From NCBI GenBank assembly GCA_041741275.1, contig JBGSKJ010000144.1, positions 1,259 through 65,258 on the forward strand: a stretch of 64,000 nucleotides of DNA, in the 5' to 3' direction. The notes under the pieces were generated by a model that saw only the letters and a list, made by a program, of their open reading frames with translations, did not search any database and was not told the DNA's origin. Made by a program: the position numbers and the translations under genes. Position 1 is the stretch's first letter. The number at the start of each line of letters is the position of its first letter. Below, one piece after another: positions 21,805 through 32,550 of this stretch. This DNA comes from Gallionella sp. (GTDB lineage: Bacteria; Pseudomonadota; Gammaproteobacteria; Burkholderiales; Gallionellaceae).

Positions 21805-22572
21805 TCAGTCCTCTGTCTGTGGTAAGCCCCACTTCGCATCGTAAGTGATTCGACGCAAGTATAAGCCATCCGGCGCGAAGGTCGGTGCGGCGGAGCTGCG
21901 CTCGCGCCCGGCCAATACTTCGGCCAGCCAGGCCGGCGGATATTTTCCTTTGCCGACATAAACCAGACAGCCGACGATATTGCGTACCATGTGATGCAGG
22001 AACGCATCGGCACTCACATCAAAGATCAGCATCTCGCCCTCGCGGCGTATATCCAATTGGCGCAGGTGTTTCTCCGGTGAATTCGCCTGGCATTGCGCCG
22101 CGCGGAACGCGCTGAAATCGTGTTTGCCCAACAAATGCTGCGCCGCCTCGCGCATCCTGCCCTCATCCAGCGGCGCGTGAAACCAGCCGACTTTTCCGGC
22201 ATGGATGGCACTGCGCGTGGGGCGATTGAGCAACAGGTAGCGATAGCTCCGGCCATGAGCAGAAAAACGCGCATGAAACTCATCCGCCACCGGATGTGCC
22301 CACAGCACGGTGATGCTTTCCGGCAGCAGCGCATTCACGCCGCGCACCCAGGCCGTCAGCGGGCGTTCGACGCCGGTATCAAAATGCACCACCTGTTCCA
22401 ATGCATGCACGCCGGTATCGGTGCGTCCCGCCGCGATGACCGCGATCGGTTCACCGGAAATCCGGCTCAGGGCATGTTGCAGCGTGTCCTGCACGGTGCG
22501 CCCATCCGCCTGGCTCTGCCAGCCGCAATACGGGCGGCCGTCATATTCCACACCCAGCGCGATCCTCATCAC
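21805..22572 (-). CDS. truA: tRNA pseudouridine(38-40) synthase
   Basis: 255 aa; MRIALGVEYDG...GRTDTGVHA catalytic Asp motif. Confidence 0.94.
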   Translation of the reverse strand: MMRIALGVEYDGRPYCGWQSQADGRTVQDTLQHALSRISGEPIAVIAAGRTDTGVHALEQVVHFDTGVERPLTAWVRGVNALLPESITVLWAHPVADEFHARFSAHGRSYRYLLLNRPTRSAIHAGKVGWFHAPLDEGRMREAAQHLLGKHDFSAFRAAQCQANSPEKHLRQLDIRREGEMLIFDVSADAFLHHMVRNIVGCLVYVGKGKYPPAWLAEVLAGRERSSAAPTFAPDGLYLRRITYDAKWGLPQTED

Positions 22573-23180
22573 AGAGCGGCGATTAACAACAGCAGCGCAA
22601 AGCCGACCAGCAGCCCGTCGCCGATAGCAAAACGATACAGTGCCAGCTCCATTTGTCTGCCGGTCTCGCCATGCGGCTCAAACAAACTGCGCAAGTTGTC
22701 TTGCCAGGTATGCGTCTCGCGCAACATCGCGGCATCGGCATATTGCAGCGTCAGCGCCAGACGCACGGCGAGTCGCTCACGCGACAGTCCCAGCCATTGC
22801 AATGGTGCGAACAGGGTATAAAGTCCGGCGATCAGCTGCGGGCGATGCAGGCGATCCAGCAATATCGCCAATCCCGCCAAGGCAGCCAGCAAGCGCGTGA
22901 GTTGCAGCGCGCCATCGCCCAATCCTTCACGGCTCGGACTGAATATGCCGAGCGCTTCCGACAGCGGTTGTCCGGGCGTGCTGTAAGCGTAGATCAGCAA
23001 TAGCGACAACATGATCCAGCGCGTGCGGCGCAACAACTGGATGAATTTATGCCGTGAAATCACAACAGCACCGAGCAGGACCAAACCGGCAGCCGTCAGC
23101 AATTCCGCCAGCGCCAGCAACTGCATGGTCGCAACCAGCAGGCACCAGGTCAGAATTTGCGCGGCGGGATGAAAACTCAT
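22569..23180 (-). CDS. hypothetical integral membrane protein (possibly CbiQ/EcfT-like)
   Basis: 203 aa with several hydrophobic helices; 4-nt overlap with truA. Family assignment is weak. Confidence 0.6.
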   Translation of the reverse strand: MSFHPAAQILTWCLLVATMQLLALAELLTAAGLVLLGAVVISRHKFIQLLRRTRWIMLSLLLIYAYSTPGQPLSEALGIFSPSREGLGDGALQLTRLLAALAGLAILLDRLHRPQLIAGLYTLFAPLQWLGLSRERLAVRLALTLQYADAAMLRETHTWQDNLRSLFEPHGETGRQMELALYRFAIGDGLLVGFALLLLIAAL

Positions 23181-23189
23181 TGAAGCTCC

Positions 23190-23224
23190 AATAGAAAACG
23201 GCAGCCCGGTTTCCGGGCTGCCGT
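23190..23224 (-). terminator. rho-independent terminator after fimV
   Basis: Minus strand: ACGGCAGCCCGG AAA CCGGGCUGCCGU followed by UUUCUAUU. Perfect 12-bp stem. Confidence 0.8.
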
Positions 23225-23240
23225 AGCCAATAACTTCTGA

Positions 23241-25928
23241 TCAGCCGAGTTGGGCGAGCAGCGATTGTGCAGCTTCGCGTTGCCCGGCATCGCCCTCGCG
23301 CATGACTTCCTCGATGATCTCACGCGCTCCGCTGGCGTCACCCATTTCCTGGTAGGCCTTGGCCAGATCGAGTTTCGTGGCAACCTCCTGCCAGTGTTCA
23401 TCCTTGTTTTCGGATGCCGGGGCAGCATTTTCAGATGTCTTGGCAGCAGGTGTGGCGGCAGCATCGAAATTCAGGCTGATCCCCGCCAAACCCACTTCCG
23501 CGGGTTGTGCTGTCGCCACAGATTCCCCGGCTTTATTTTCAACCGGGAAATCCAGTGTGAATTCCATCATGCCATCGTCCGCTTGCGCGGGTTTGCCGGC
23601 GTCGGGTTGTGTTTCCGGCTGGGATGGATTGCTGCCTGTTATATCAAAGGTCATGCCATCCAATTTTGGCAACGGAACTTCTGCCTGCTCGGAGGCCACC
23701 GGCGCCCCGGGACGACTACCTGTCACGTCGAAAATCAAATCGCCCAAATCTGGCCGGGCTGATCTTGTTTGTCCGCCCGCCGCAGACACCGGAGGATGGG
23801 TGGAAGTGATGTCAAAGTCCAGCTCCCTGGCCGGCTTGTTTGCAATTTCGGGAGATAACAGTGTCACGGTCTGTTCCGCATCAGCCAAGAAGTCCTGCTC
23901 CGGAGATGGGGCTGATTCAGCGGACGGAGCACCCAAATCGAAATCGACAGAAACCGGTTTTGCTGGCGGCGCATCACCCGTGACCAACCTCGGCATGGCA
24001 TTGAAGACCGGTGCTTGCGTGTTCGTACTGCCCGAATCTTCTTTGTTTTTGGTTCCGCTACCGCCATACATGGGATTATTCGGATCCAGCTCGCGTCCCA
24101 TTGCAAGTGCCTGCTGAATGGCCTCCTCATCACCTGAATCCTGCAACTGGCGCGTGATGGTCGCGAAGGAACCCAGATCCCTGCGATTGGCATATATCTC
24201 CAGCAACTTGAGATGGATCCTGTGGTTATTCGGTGTGTCTTTCAGCGCGTCCTTGAGAATTTCTTCGGCCTGCACATCGCGTCCGAAATTGAGGAACAGA
24301 TCGGCCTCGCTGATCGGATCGGCTTCCTGCGATTGTTCGCTCGTTGCAGCCTTGGCTGCAACCATGCCGGTAAAATGGCCCGGCTCCGGGGCAGGCACGG
24401 ACGGAGCGGCGATATGCCCGGATCTCGAACCAGAATCCCCGTTAAACTGGCTTAGAACATCAATAGCCGGTTTTTTTTTTCGCCGACTTGCCAGCCAACC
24501 CAGGCCGATCAGGACAACCAAAGCTCCCGCAGCGCCGGCGAGATAAAGTGGCTCGGCCAGAATCTGATCGACCAGTGACGGCTCCTGCTTGACCGGTGCC
24601 TTGGACTTGGGCTTGGCAACCGGTGCCGGCTTGACCCCGCTCGCTGCGGTCGTCACCGCACTGGCAGCCACCGGGGGAGCAACGGCAACTGGAGGTTGCT
24701 GCGCCAGTGCCGCTGCAGCAGACTTCAACTGGGCCAACCGCTGCATGTCCTGAAGATTCTTTTCCAGCATGGCCGTGCGGGTCTGCTGTTCCTTGCCAGC
24801 CTTGGCTGTTGCAATCGCATCCTCCTGCGCGGCGTTGTCCTTGTCCTGCGCACTCATGGATTTGCCACCGGCACCGGCCGCCGCCCGGTCGCCGGGGGCT
24901 TCACCCTTGGACAGCTTGAGCACTTCCCTGGCAGATTCCTTGGCAACCGGAGCCTTGTCGGCAACCGAACTGGCAATCTTGCCGCTGGCAACCTGCTCGG
25001 CTGCTTGCGGCTGGCTGCTCATTGATGCGGCACCGGCCAGTTTTTGCCGGTATGAATTCCAATCGGCTGACTGGGCACGGATTTCCTTGACCGCCTCTGA
25101 CTGCCCTACCCGATCGACTTCGTCCGGATTGGGCAAGCGCAGAACCTTTCCGGCCCTGATACGGTTCATGTTTTTTCCGTCGAACTCGCTGGCATTGGCG
25201 CGATACAGCGCCACCAGCATACGTTCAAGACTCACATCAGCCGGCTTGTATTGCGCCGAGATCTTGCTCAAGGTGTCACCGCGTTGAACCGCGAGCCACT
25301 CTTCGTTCGGCACGGTGATGCCGCCGGCAGTGATATCCTCGGGCACGGCCGCCACTTCCGGAACAACCTGCTCTACGGGCGCAGCTGCGGGTGCGGATGC
25401 AGCCAGCGTTTCGCCCTGTTCCACAAAACCAGGCGCTTCCGGCGCAGCGACCGGCTCAACCGGCATGTCAGCAGCGGGAACTGCTGCGGATTCAACTGCC
25501 GGTGCGACCGGCTGCACTTCCGCCTGCACGGGGAGTTCGGCAATATAGCCCGGCGGATCCAGCAGGAAGGTGTATTCGCGCAATAACCTCCCCGACGACC
25601 ACGTCAATTCCACCAGCATGACCACGAAAGGATCGTTGACCGGCTGCGCGCTGCTCACCTTGAGGTATGGCTCTCCGTTCGCACGGCTCTCGATCTGAAA
25701 TTTGAATTTGTTGCCATGCGGATAGTCCAGGCCGGCACCCTTGTAGACTTCGGGTGAGGCCAGGCGCGCAACCAGGCTGACTTTCTCGGTCTTGCTGACC
25801 GATACCAAGTCAATATCAGCCTTGAGCTGCTGCCCGAGACCGGAAGTCACATTGATTCCACCCATACCCACGGCGGAAATAGTTGCGGACAGCGTCAATC
25901 CGGCAACGAACCCGAGCAGTTTTAACAT
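23241..25928 (-). CDS. fimV: FimV-like peptidoglycan-binding (LysM) pilus assembly protein
   Basis: Start moved to the ATG giving MLKLLGFVAGLTLSA (signal/TM). LysM segment VQRGDTLSKIS, acidic low-complexity middle, TM helix, C-terminal TPR-like motif. Conserved asd-fimV-truA order. Confidence 0.85.
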   Translation of the reverse strand: MLKLLGFVAGLTLSATISAVGMGGINVTSGLGQQLKADIDLVSVSKTEKVSLVARLASPEVYKGAGLDYPHGNKFKFQIESRANGEPYLKVSSAQPVNDPFVVMLVELTWSSGRLLREYTFLLDPPGYIAELPVQAEVQPVAPAVESAAVPAADMPVEPVAAPEAPGFVEQGETLAASAPAAAPVEQVVPEVAAVPEDITAGGITVPNEEWLAVQRGDTLSKISAQYKPADVSLERMLVALYRANASEFDGKNMNRIRAGKVLRLPNPDEVDRVGQSEAVKEIRAQSADWNSYRQKLAGAASMSSQPQAAEQVASGKIASSVADKAPVAKESAREVLKLSKGEAPGDRAAAGAGGKSMSAQDKDNAAQEDAIATAKAGKEQQTRTAMLEKNLQDMQRLAQLKSAAAALAQQPPVAVAPPVAASAVTTAASGVKPAPVAKPKSKAPVKQEPSLVDQILAEPLYLAGAAGALVVLIGLGWLASRRKKKPAIDVLSQFNGDSGSRSGHIAAPSVPAPEPGHFTGMVAAKAATSEQSQEADPISEADLFLNFGRDVQAEEILKDALKDTPNNHRIHLKLLEIYANRRDLGSFATITRQLQDSGDEEAIQQALAMGRELDPNNPMYGGSGTKNKEDSGSTNTQAPVFNAMPRLVTGDAPPAKPVSVDFDLGAPSAESAPSPEQDFLADAEQTVTLLSPEIANKPARELDFDITSTHPPVSAAGGQTRSARPDLGDLIFDVTGSRPGAPVASEQAEVPLPKLDGMTFDITGSNPSQPETQPDAGKPAQADDGMMEFTLDFPVENKAGESVATAQPAEVGLAGISLNFDAAATPAAKTSENAAPASENKDEHWQEVATKLDLAKAYQEMGDASGAREIIEEVMREGDAGQREAAQSLLAQLG

Positions 25929-26099
25929 AACCGGCCACTTGGTCGGCGTTAACCAGCGGCTTATGTCACTGTCTTTGGGTGACTTAGCCGAATGGCTATG
26001 CAAAGCTAACCAGCGACTTGCCAGCGTTTTTGCTGGTTTGGCCGATTGGCTATGCAAAGTTGTTTGCCGACCCAGTGGAATGGCTAGTTGTTTTTCCAG
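25926..26099. repeat. tandem array of about three diverged units of the 63-bp repeat family, starting at the fimV start codon
   Basis: Units share AACCAGCG(A/G)CTT ... GCCGA(A/T)TGGCTA flanks. The central stems differ but remain self-complementary (GTCAC/GTGAC, CCAGC/GCTGG). Confidence 0.8.
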
Positions 26100-26241
26100 T
26101 GATTTTCGCACGCCATCACCCTCACCTTATTTATTGGACAATAGAAAATAACATCATAGAGTTATCAGCACAAGCTAATAATTTCTTGCAACAATTCAAA
26201 CCCTGCCCGATCCACGGCCAAAAGCGGCCCGGCGCAACTCT

Positions 26242-27264
<1,023 letters not shown>

Positions 27265-27300
27265 AATTGCTTTCCTAAAAAACTTGCCGCCAAATGTTAA

Positions 27301-27399
27301 TCCGGGAAGGGATCGCACCTGCGGTGCTCAAGGGAAAAGAGGGAAGGGGAAAACCGCTGCACCGCCGTTACCCTTCTCTCTTCCCCCTTCTCCCTTCAC
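27301..27399. repeat. GGGAAGG/CCTTCCC-armed intergenic hairpin (asd-leuB spacer)
   Basis: TCCGGGAAGGG...AGGGAAAAGAGGGAAGGGGAAAACCGC...GTTACCCTTCTCTCTTCCCCCTTCTCCCTTCAC. Shares blocks with 32551-32665. Confidence 0.8.
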
Positions 27400-27404
27400 T
27401 GTTG

Positions 27405-28469
27405 TCAGAGCGCCGCGACCACCGCATCACCCATCGCCGCCGTGCCGACTTTCTGCATGCCCGGCTCGTGTATATCTGCGGTGCGCAATCCCTGCTGCAA
27501 CACCTTGCGCACCGCGGCTTCGATACGCTGCGCGATGTCTGCCCTTGCAAAAGTGTAGCGCATCATCATCGCCACCGATAAAACCGTCGCCAGCGGGTTG
27601 GCGATGTCCTTGCCCGCGATGTCCGGTGCGGAACCGTGGCACGGCTCATACAGGCCCTTGTTGTTGCCATCCAGCGAAGCCGACGGCAGCATGCCGATGG
27701 AGCCGGTCAGCATCGACGCCTCGTCCGACAAAATATCGCCAAAAATGTTTCCGGTCAAAATCACATCGAACTGCTTGGGCGCGCGCACCAGTTGCATAGC
27801 GGCATTGTCCACGTACATGTGCGACAACACCACCTCCGGATATTCTTTCGCCACGTCGGTGACGATCTCGCGCCAGAACATGCTGGTATCCAGCACGTTG
27901 GCCTTGTCCACCGAGCACATCCTTTTATCGCGTTTCATCGCGATCCGGAAACCGACATGCGCCACGCGGCGGATCTCCGACTCGCTGTAGTGCATGGTGT
28001 CGAAGCCCTGCCGCTCGCCGTTCTCCAGGGTGCGTATGCCGCGTGGTTGCCCGAAATAGATGTCGCCGGTCAGTTCGCGAAGGATCATGATGTCCAGCCC
28101 CGACACCAGTTCCGGCTTCAGGCTGGAAGCATTGACCAGCTCCGGATACACCATCGCGGGGCGCAGGTTGGCGAACAGGCCCAGGCCTTTGCGGATGCGC
28201 AACAGGCCCTGCTCCGGACGCATGGGCCGCGGCAACGTATCGTATTGGTAGCCGCCCACCGCGCCGAGCAGCACCGCATCTGCTGCGAGCGCCAGCTTTT
28301 CAGTCGCCGCCGGAAACGGATCGCCCGCCGCGTCGTAGCCCGCGCCGCCGATGTGCGCATATTCCATCTCGATCTTCAGGCCGTCGCGGCGCAACGCTTC
28401 CAGCACTTTGGCAGCCTGCGCAACGATCTCCGGTCCGATCCCGTCACCGGGCAATACTGCGATCTTCAT
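27405..28469 (-). CDS. leuB: 3-isopropylmalate dehydrogenase
   Basis: Start at the ATG giving [14 protein letters not shown]. Motif [12 protein letters not shown]. Confidence 0.96.
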   Translation of the reverse strand: MKIAVLPGDGIGPEIVAQAAKVLEALRRDGLKIEMEYAHIGGAGYDAAGDPFPAATEKLALAADAVLLGAVGGYQYDTLPRPMRPEQGLLRIRKGLGLFANLRPAMVYPELVNASSLKPELVSGLDIMILRELTGDIYFGQPRGIRTLENGERQGFDTMHYSESEIRRVAHVGFRIAMKRDKRMCSVDKANVLDTSMFWREIVTDVAKEYPEVVLSHMYVDNAAMQLVRAPKQFDVILTGNIFGDILSDEASMLTGSIGMLPSASLDGNNKGLYEPCHGSAPDIAGKDIANPLATVLSVAMMMRYTFARADIAQRIEAAVRKVLQQGLRTADIHEPGMQKVGTAAMGDAVVAAL

Positions 28470-28488
28470 TCTGAATCCCAAAAAATAC

Positions 28489-28600
28489 GTGAAACGTGAA
28501 GGTGAAACCGTGAAAAGTGATGCCTACCCGGCGCTTCGCGCCACCCTCCCTGCCGGGAGGGTAACGTTTCACATTTCACATTTCACATTTCACATTTCAC
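28489..28600. repeat. GTGAAA/TTTCAC-armed intergenic hairpin without an ORF (leuD-leuB spacer)
   Basis: Left arm GTGAAACGTGAAGGTGAAACCGTGAAAAGTGA (28489-28520). Right arm GTTTCAC(ATTTCAC)x4 (28566-28600), which contains the leuD stop codon. The loop has its own CCCTCCC/GGGAGGG hairpin. Confidence 0.88.
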
Positions 28601-29235
28601 ACAAAAAGCCACGGTTGCGCGGCGCGATGCTTGGCCTCATACGCCCTGATCTCATCAACATGCTGCAAGGTCAGGCCGACGTCATCCAGACCGTTCAGCA
28701 GACAATGCTTGCGGAATGTCTCGACTTCGAACTGGTATACCCCGCCGTCCGGCGCAGTGATGCTCTGCCGCTCCAGGTCGATCTTCAAACGAAAGCCCGG
28801 CGTGGCCTCCACGGCCCTGAACAGCGCATCCACCTGCTCCGCCGGCAAACGGATCGGCAGCAAACCGTTCTTGAAGCAGTTGTTGAAAAATATATCGGCG
28901 AAACCGGGCGCGATGATGGCGCGAAAGCCGAAATCCTCAAGCGCCCAGGGCGCATGCTCGCGCGAAGATCCGCAGCCGAAATTCTCTCTTGCCAGCAAGA
29001 TCTGCGCGCCCCGATAGCGCGGCTGGTTCAGCACGAAATCAGGATTGATCGGACGACGGGTGTTATCCCTGCCCGGCTCGCCGTGGTCCAGATAACGCCA
29101 TTCGTCAAACAGATTCGGGCCGAAGCCGGAACGCTTGATCGATTTCAGGAACTGCTTCGGGATGATCGCGTCGGTATCCACGTTGGCCCTGTCCAAAGGC
29201 GCTGCCAATCCGTCCAGCACAGTAAATTTCTGCAT
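28597..29235 (-). CDS. leuD: 3-isopropylmalate dehydratase small subunit
   Basis: 212 aa; [13 protein letters not shown] motif. Confidence 0.95.
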   Translation of the reverse strand: MQKFTVLDGLAAPLDRANVDTDAIIPKQFLKSIKRSGFGPNLFDEWRYLDHGEPGRDNTRRPINPDFVLNQPRYRGAQILLARENFGCGSSREHAPWALEDFGFRAIIAPGFADIFFNNCFKNGLLPIRLPAEQVDALFRAVEATPGFRLKIDLERQSITAPDGGVYQFEVETFRKHCLLNGLDDVGLTLQHVDEIRAYEAKHRAAQPWLFV

Positions 29236-30642
29236 TTAATTGACCTTGCTCACATCGACAAAATGCCCGGCGATCGCCGCAGCCGCAGCCATCTCCGGAC
29301 TGACCAGATGGGTGCGCCCACCCTGACCCTGCCGGCCCTCGAAGTTACGGTTGGAAGTCGAGGCACAGCGCTCGCCCGGCGAGAGCTTGTCATCGTTCAT
29401 CGCCAGGCACATAGAGCAGCCCGGCTCGCGCCATTCAAAACCGGCCGCGATGAATATCTTGTCCAGGCCTTCCTGTTCGGCCTGCCGTTTCACCAGACCG
29501 GAACCGGGCACCACCATCGCCAACTTCACGTTCGACGCGACATACTTGCCGCGCGCGATCGCTGCCGCAGCGCGCATATCCTCGATGCGCGCATTGGTGC
29601 AGGAACCGATGAACACCTTGTCTATTTTGATCTCGCTGATAGGAGTATTCGCCGACAGACCCATATATTGCAGCGCCCGCTCGACAGCGCCGCGCTTGAC
29701 CGCATCGCCGATGGTCGCCGGATCCGGCACGCGCCCGTCCACTGCCACCACCATTTCCGGCGAGGTTCCCCAGGTCACCTGTGGTTTGATCTGCGCGGCA
29801 TCAAGCTTGACCACCGCGTCGAACTGCGCGCCCTCATCGCTGTGCAAAGTCCGCCAATAAGTCACCGCCTGTTCCCACATCTTGCCTTGCGGCGCGAACG
29901 GGCGGCCCTTGAGATAGTCGACGGTGGTATCGTCCGCCGCGATCATGCCGGCGCGCGCGCCCGCTTCGATCGCCATGTTGCACACCGTCATGCGCCCTTC
30001 CATGGTCAGGCCGCGTATCGCACTGCCGGCGAACTCGATCGCATAGCCGGTGCCGCCTGCCGTGCCGATCTTGCCGATCACCGCCAGCGCGATGTCCTTG
30101 GCGGTGACGCCCCTGCCCAGCACACCCTCCACCAACACCTGCATGGCCCTGGTTTTTTTCATCAGCAGGCATTGCGTCGCCATCACGTGCTCGACCTCGG
30201 AGGTGCCGATGCCGAACGCCAGCGCGGCGAAGGCGCCGTGCGTGCTGGTATGCGAATCGCCGCACACCACCGTCATGCCCGGCAGGGTCGCTCCCTGCTC
30301 CGGCCCGATCACATGCACGATGCCCTGTCGCACGTCATTCATTTTAAATTCATTCACGCCGTACTCGGCGCAATTGCTGTCCAGCGTCTCCACCTGCAAA
30401 CGCGAGATCGGATCGGCGATACCCTGCGCCCGCCCGGTGGTCGGCACGTTATGGTCGGCCACAGCCAGGATCGAAGCGCTGCGCCACAGCTTGCGCCCGA
30501 CCAGCTTCAGCCCCTCGAAGGCCTGCGGACTGGTCACTTCATGCACCAGATGACGGTCGATATAGACCAGCGCGGTGCCGTCGGCTTCCTGCCGCACCAC
30601 GTGAGCATTCCAGAGTTTGTCGTACAGGGTTTGCGCGCTCAT
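29236..30642 (-). CDS. leuC: 3-isopropylmalate dehydratase large subunit
   Basis: ATG giving [11 protein letters not shown] is preferred over the TTG at 30651. Aconitase-family Cys motifs are present. Confidence 0.95.
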   Translation of the reverse strand: MSAQTLYDKLWNAHVVRQEADGTALVYIDRHLVHEVTSPQAFEGLKLVGRKLWRSASILAVADHNVPTTGRAQGIADPISRLQVETLDSNCAEYGVNEFKMNDVRQGIVHVIGPEQGATLPGMTVVCGDSHTSTHGAFAALAFGIGTSEVEHVMATQCLLMKKTRAMQVLVEGVLGRGVTAKDIALAVIGKIGTAGGTGYAIEFAGSAIRGLTMEGRMTVCNMAIEAGARAGMIAADDTTVDYLKGRPFAPQGKMWEQAVTYWRTLHSDEGAQFDAVVKLDAAQIKPQVTWGTSPEMVVAVDGRVPDPATIGDAVKRGAVERALQYMGLSANTPISEIKIDKVFIGSCTNARIEDMRAAAAIARGKYVASNVKLAMVVPGSGLVKRQAEQEGLDKIFIAAGFEWREPGCSMCLAMNDDKLSPGERCASTSNRNFEGRQGQGGRTHLVSPEMAAAAAIAGHFVDVSKVN

Positions 30643-30740
30643 CTTGTTCAACTTTTTCAGAGCGGGCGATTATGCCATAACAGCAGCGGCTTGGCAGCTT
30701 GCTGCATCATTCCTGCACGAGTCGAAATGATGATCTATTA

Positions 30741-31904
30741 TCATTCCGTTTGTTGTGCACCCGCCATCCCCTGCTTCCACACTATCAGCAGCAACCCCAG
30801 CAACGCCACGCCCGCGCTGCACGAGTACAGCACGGTGGCGCCGTAGTGTTGCCAGATCGGGCCGCTGGCCAGGCCGCCCAGCATGCCGCCTGCGCCGTAG
30901 GTCAGGCTGCCGAACAGGGCCTGCCCTTTGGATTGATGCCGACCCTGGAAGAACTCATGGATCAGTCCCACCGACGCGGCGTGATACGCCCCGAAGCTCA
31001 ACGCGTGCAGCATCTGCGCGACAAGCAGCAGCACCAGACTATCCACGGCCCAGCCGATCAGCAGGAAGCGCACCACCGCGGCACTGAAGCTGACCAGCAG
31101 GATGCGGGTGTAGCCGAAACGGCGCACCAGCATGGGCATCAGGAAGAACACGCCGATCTCGCAGATCACCCCGAGCGCCCACAGTCCGCCCACCGCGCTT
31201 TTCGCGTAGCCGTGCTCGACCAGATAGATCGAATAAAAAGTATAGTAAGGGCCGTGCGCGACCGACATCAGGAAACACGCACCGAGCAGGGCCAGCACGC
31301 GCGGCTGCATCACGATCTGCCTGATCGGCTGATGGTCGGTGTGATGCGCCAGCACTTCGACATGCGGGATCTGCCGCGAGAAGATCAGGATGCCGAGTTC
31401 GCAGACCACCCCCGCCCACAGCAGCCAGGAGATGGCGATGTAGTCGAAGGCATAACCCAGCCCCACCACCGAGACGATGAAACCGATCGAACCCCACGAA
31501 CGGATACGCCCGTAGCGTGCGCTGTGCTTGCCGAGATAGGACAGCGTGGTCGCCTCGACCAGCGGCATCGAGGCGCTCCAGAAAAAGCCCATCAGCGCCA
31601 GCACCAGGAACATCCCCCAGAAACTGGTGGTGGCGAACACGCCGAGATAACACACCGCGCTCAGGGTCGCGGCGATCTGCACCACCTGCAATCTTTTACC
31701 GGTACGGTCGGCCAGCCAGCCCCAGATGTTGGGCGCGATCATGCGCGTCACCGGCTGTATCGACATCAGGATGGCGATCTCGATGGCGCTGAACCGGATG
31801 GACTTCAGGTACAGGCTCCAGTAGGGCGAGAACATCCCGACGAAGGCGTAATAGGAGAAATAGAATCCGGCGATGCGCCAGTAGTAGTTCTTGGGGGTGG
31901 ACAT
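30741..31904 (-). CDS. MFS transporter (phenylpropionate permease-like subfamily)
   Basis: 387 aa, about 12 TM segments; [10 protein letters not shown] loop motif. Confidence 0.8.
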   Translation of the reverse strand: MSTPKNYYWRIAGFYFSYYAFVGMFSPYWSLYLKSIRFSAIEIAILMSIQPVTRMIAPNIWGWLADRTGKRLQVVQIAATLSAVCYLGVFATTSFWGMFLVLALMGFFWSASMPLVEATTLSYLGKHSARYGRIRSWGSIGFIVSVVGLGYAFDYIAISWLLWAGVVCELGILIFSRQIPHVEVLAHHTDHQPIRQIVMQPRVLALLGACFLMSVAHGPYYTFYSIYLVEHGYAKSAVGGLWALGVICEIGVFFLMPMLVRRFGYTRILLVSFSAAVVRFLLIGWAVDSLVLLLVAQMLHALSFGAYHAASVGLIHEFFQGRHQSKGQALFGSLTYGAGGMLGGLASGPIWQHYGATVLYSCSAGVALLGLLLIVWKQGMAGAQQTE

Positions 31905-31940
31905 GGAATTACAGCTTCTGAATGGCGCGCATTATCTCAT

Positions 31941-31962
31941 GCGGCAAAAATATTTTTGCCGC
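31941..31962. other. perfect 22-bp palindrome GCGGCAAAAATATTTTTGCCGC in the MFS/grpE divergent promoter region
   Basis: Read directly from the sequence. Ends 4 nt before the -35 element of the grpE promoter. Confidence 0.8.
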
Positions 31963-31966
31963 TGTA

Positions 31967-31994
31967 CTTGAAATTAATGACCCAGCCCCCATTA
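31967..31994 (+). promoter_or_regulatory. sigma32 (RpoH) heat-shock promoter of grpE
   Basis: CTTGAAA (31967-31973), 13 nt, CCCCATTA (31987-31994). Matches the E. coli sigma32 consensus CTTGAA-N13-15-CCCCATnT. Confidence 0.7.
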
Positions 31995-32021
31995 GCCACC
32001 AGTCGAAACCAGGAGAGCAGC

Positions 32022-32549
32022 ATGGAGCAAAACGATACCAACCCGCCGATCGAACCCCAGCCGGCCGCCGCAGGCACTGCGGATGTGATGCCCAGCCCTG
32101 AAGAGCTGCTCAAGGAAGCCGAGCGCAAGGCGCAGGAACACTATGACGCGTGGATGTATGCCAAGGCCGAGGGCGAGAACATCCGCCGCCGCGCGTCCGA
32201 GGACGTGGGCAAGGCGCAGAAATTCGCCGTGGAGCGCTTCTCCAGCGAGATGCTGGCGGTGAAGGACAGCCTGGAAGCCGGCTTGGCGGTGGAAACCGCA
32301 ACGGTGGAGAGCTTCAAGAGCGGTATGGAACTGACGCTCAAGCAACTGTCCGGGGTTTTCGAGAGATTCAACATCAGCGAGATCAATCCGCTCGGCGAGA
32401 AGCTCGATCCGCACAAGCACCAGGCGATCAGCATGCTGGACAGCGACCAGCCCGCCAACACCGTGGTCAGCGTGATGCAGAAGGGTTATGCGCTGAATGA
32501 CCGGGTGTTGCGCCCGGCGATGGTGATGGTGGCGAAGGGGAAGGAATAA
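32022..32549 (+). CDS. grpE: nucleotide exchange factor GrpE
   Basis: 175 aa, starting MEQNDTNPP. It is only the last part of the spurious 616-aa track ORF 30699-32549. GrpE signature [10 protein letters not shown]...[15 protein letters not shown] sigma32-type promoter lies upstream. Confidence 0.92.
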   Translation: MEQNDTNPPIEPQPAAAGTADVMPSPEELLKEAERKAQEHYDAWMYAKAEGENIRRRASEDVGKAQKFAVERFSSEMLAVKDSLEAGLAVETATVESFKSGMELTLKQLSGVFERFNISEINPLGEKLDPHKHQAISMLDSDQPANTVVSVMQKGYALNDRVLRPAMVMVAKGKE

Positions 32550-32550
32550 A

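Noticed and set aside
25929-26111. 61-codon N-terminal extension of the fimV ORF (MRKSLEKQLAIPLGRQ...SRWLALHSHSAKS...)
   Set aside because: The extension is a translation of the tandem 63-bp repeat units. A signal/TM sequence (MLKLLGFVAGLTLSA) starts at the internal ATG at 25928.
28566-28600. Five tandem (A)TTTCAC units, which might suggest a CRISPR or microsatellite
   Set aside because: The units are 7 nt with no spacers. They form one arm of a hairpin with complementary GTGAAA units 45 nt away. This is not a CRISPR array.
28351-30846. 831-aa plus-strand ORF, the longest in the track
   Set aside because: It is antisense to leuB/leuD/leuC, which carry unmistakable motifs. Its translation is Arg/His/Ala/Gly-rich low complexity, typical of the antisense frame of GC-rich genes. 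The same reasoning applies to 49408-51837, 2722-4191, 44735-46156, 33629-34759, 57319-58830, 52547-53875, 43402-44562, 12944-14326 and similar ORFs.
30699-32021. N-terminal 441 codons of the 616-aa plus-strand ORF that ends as GrpE
   Set aside because: This part is antisense to the MFS transporter and is low complexity. GrpE homology begins only at the ATG at 32022, which lies downstream of a sigma32 promoter.
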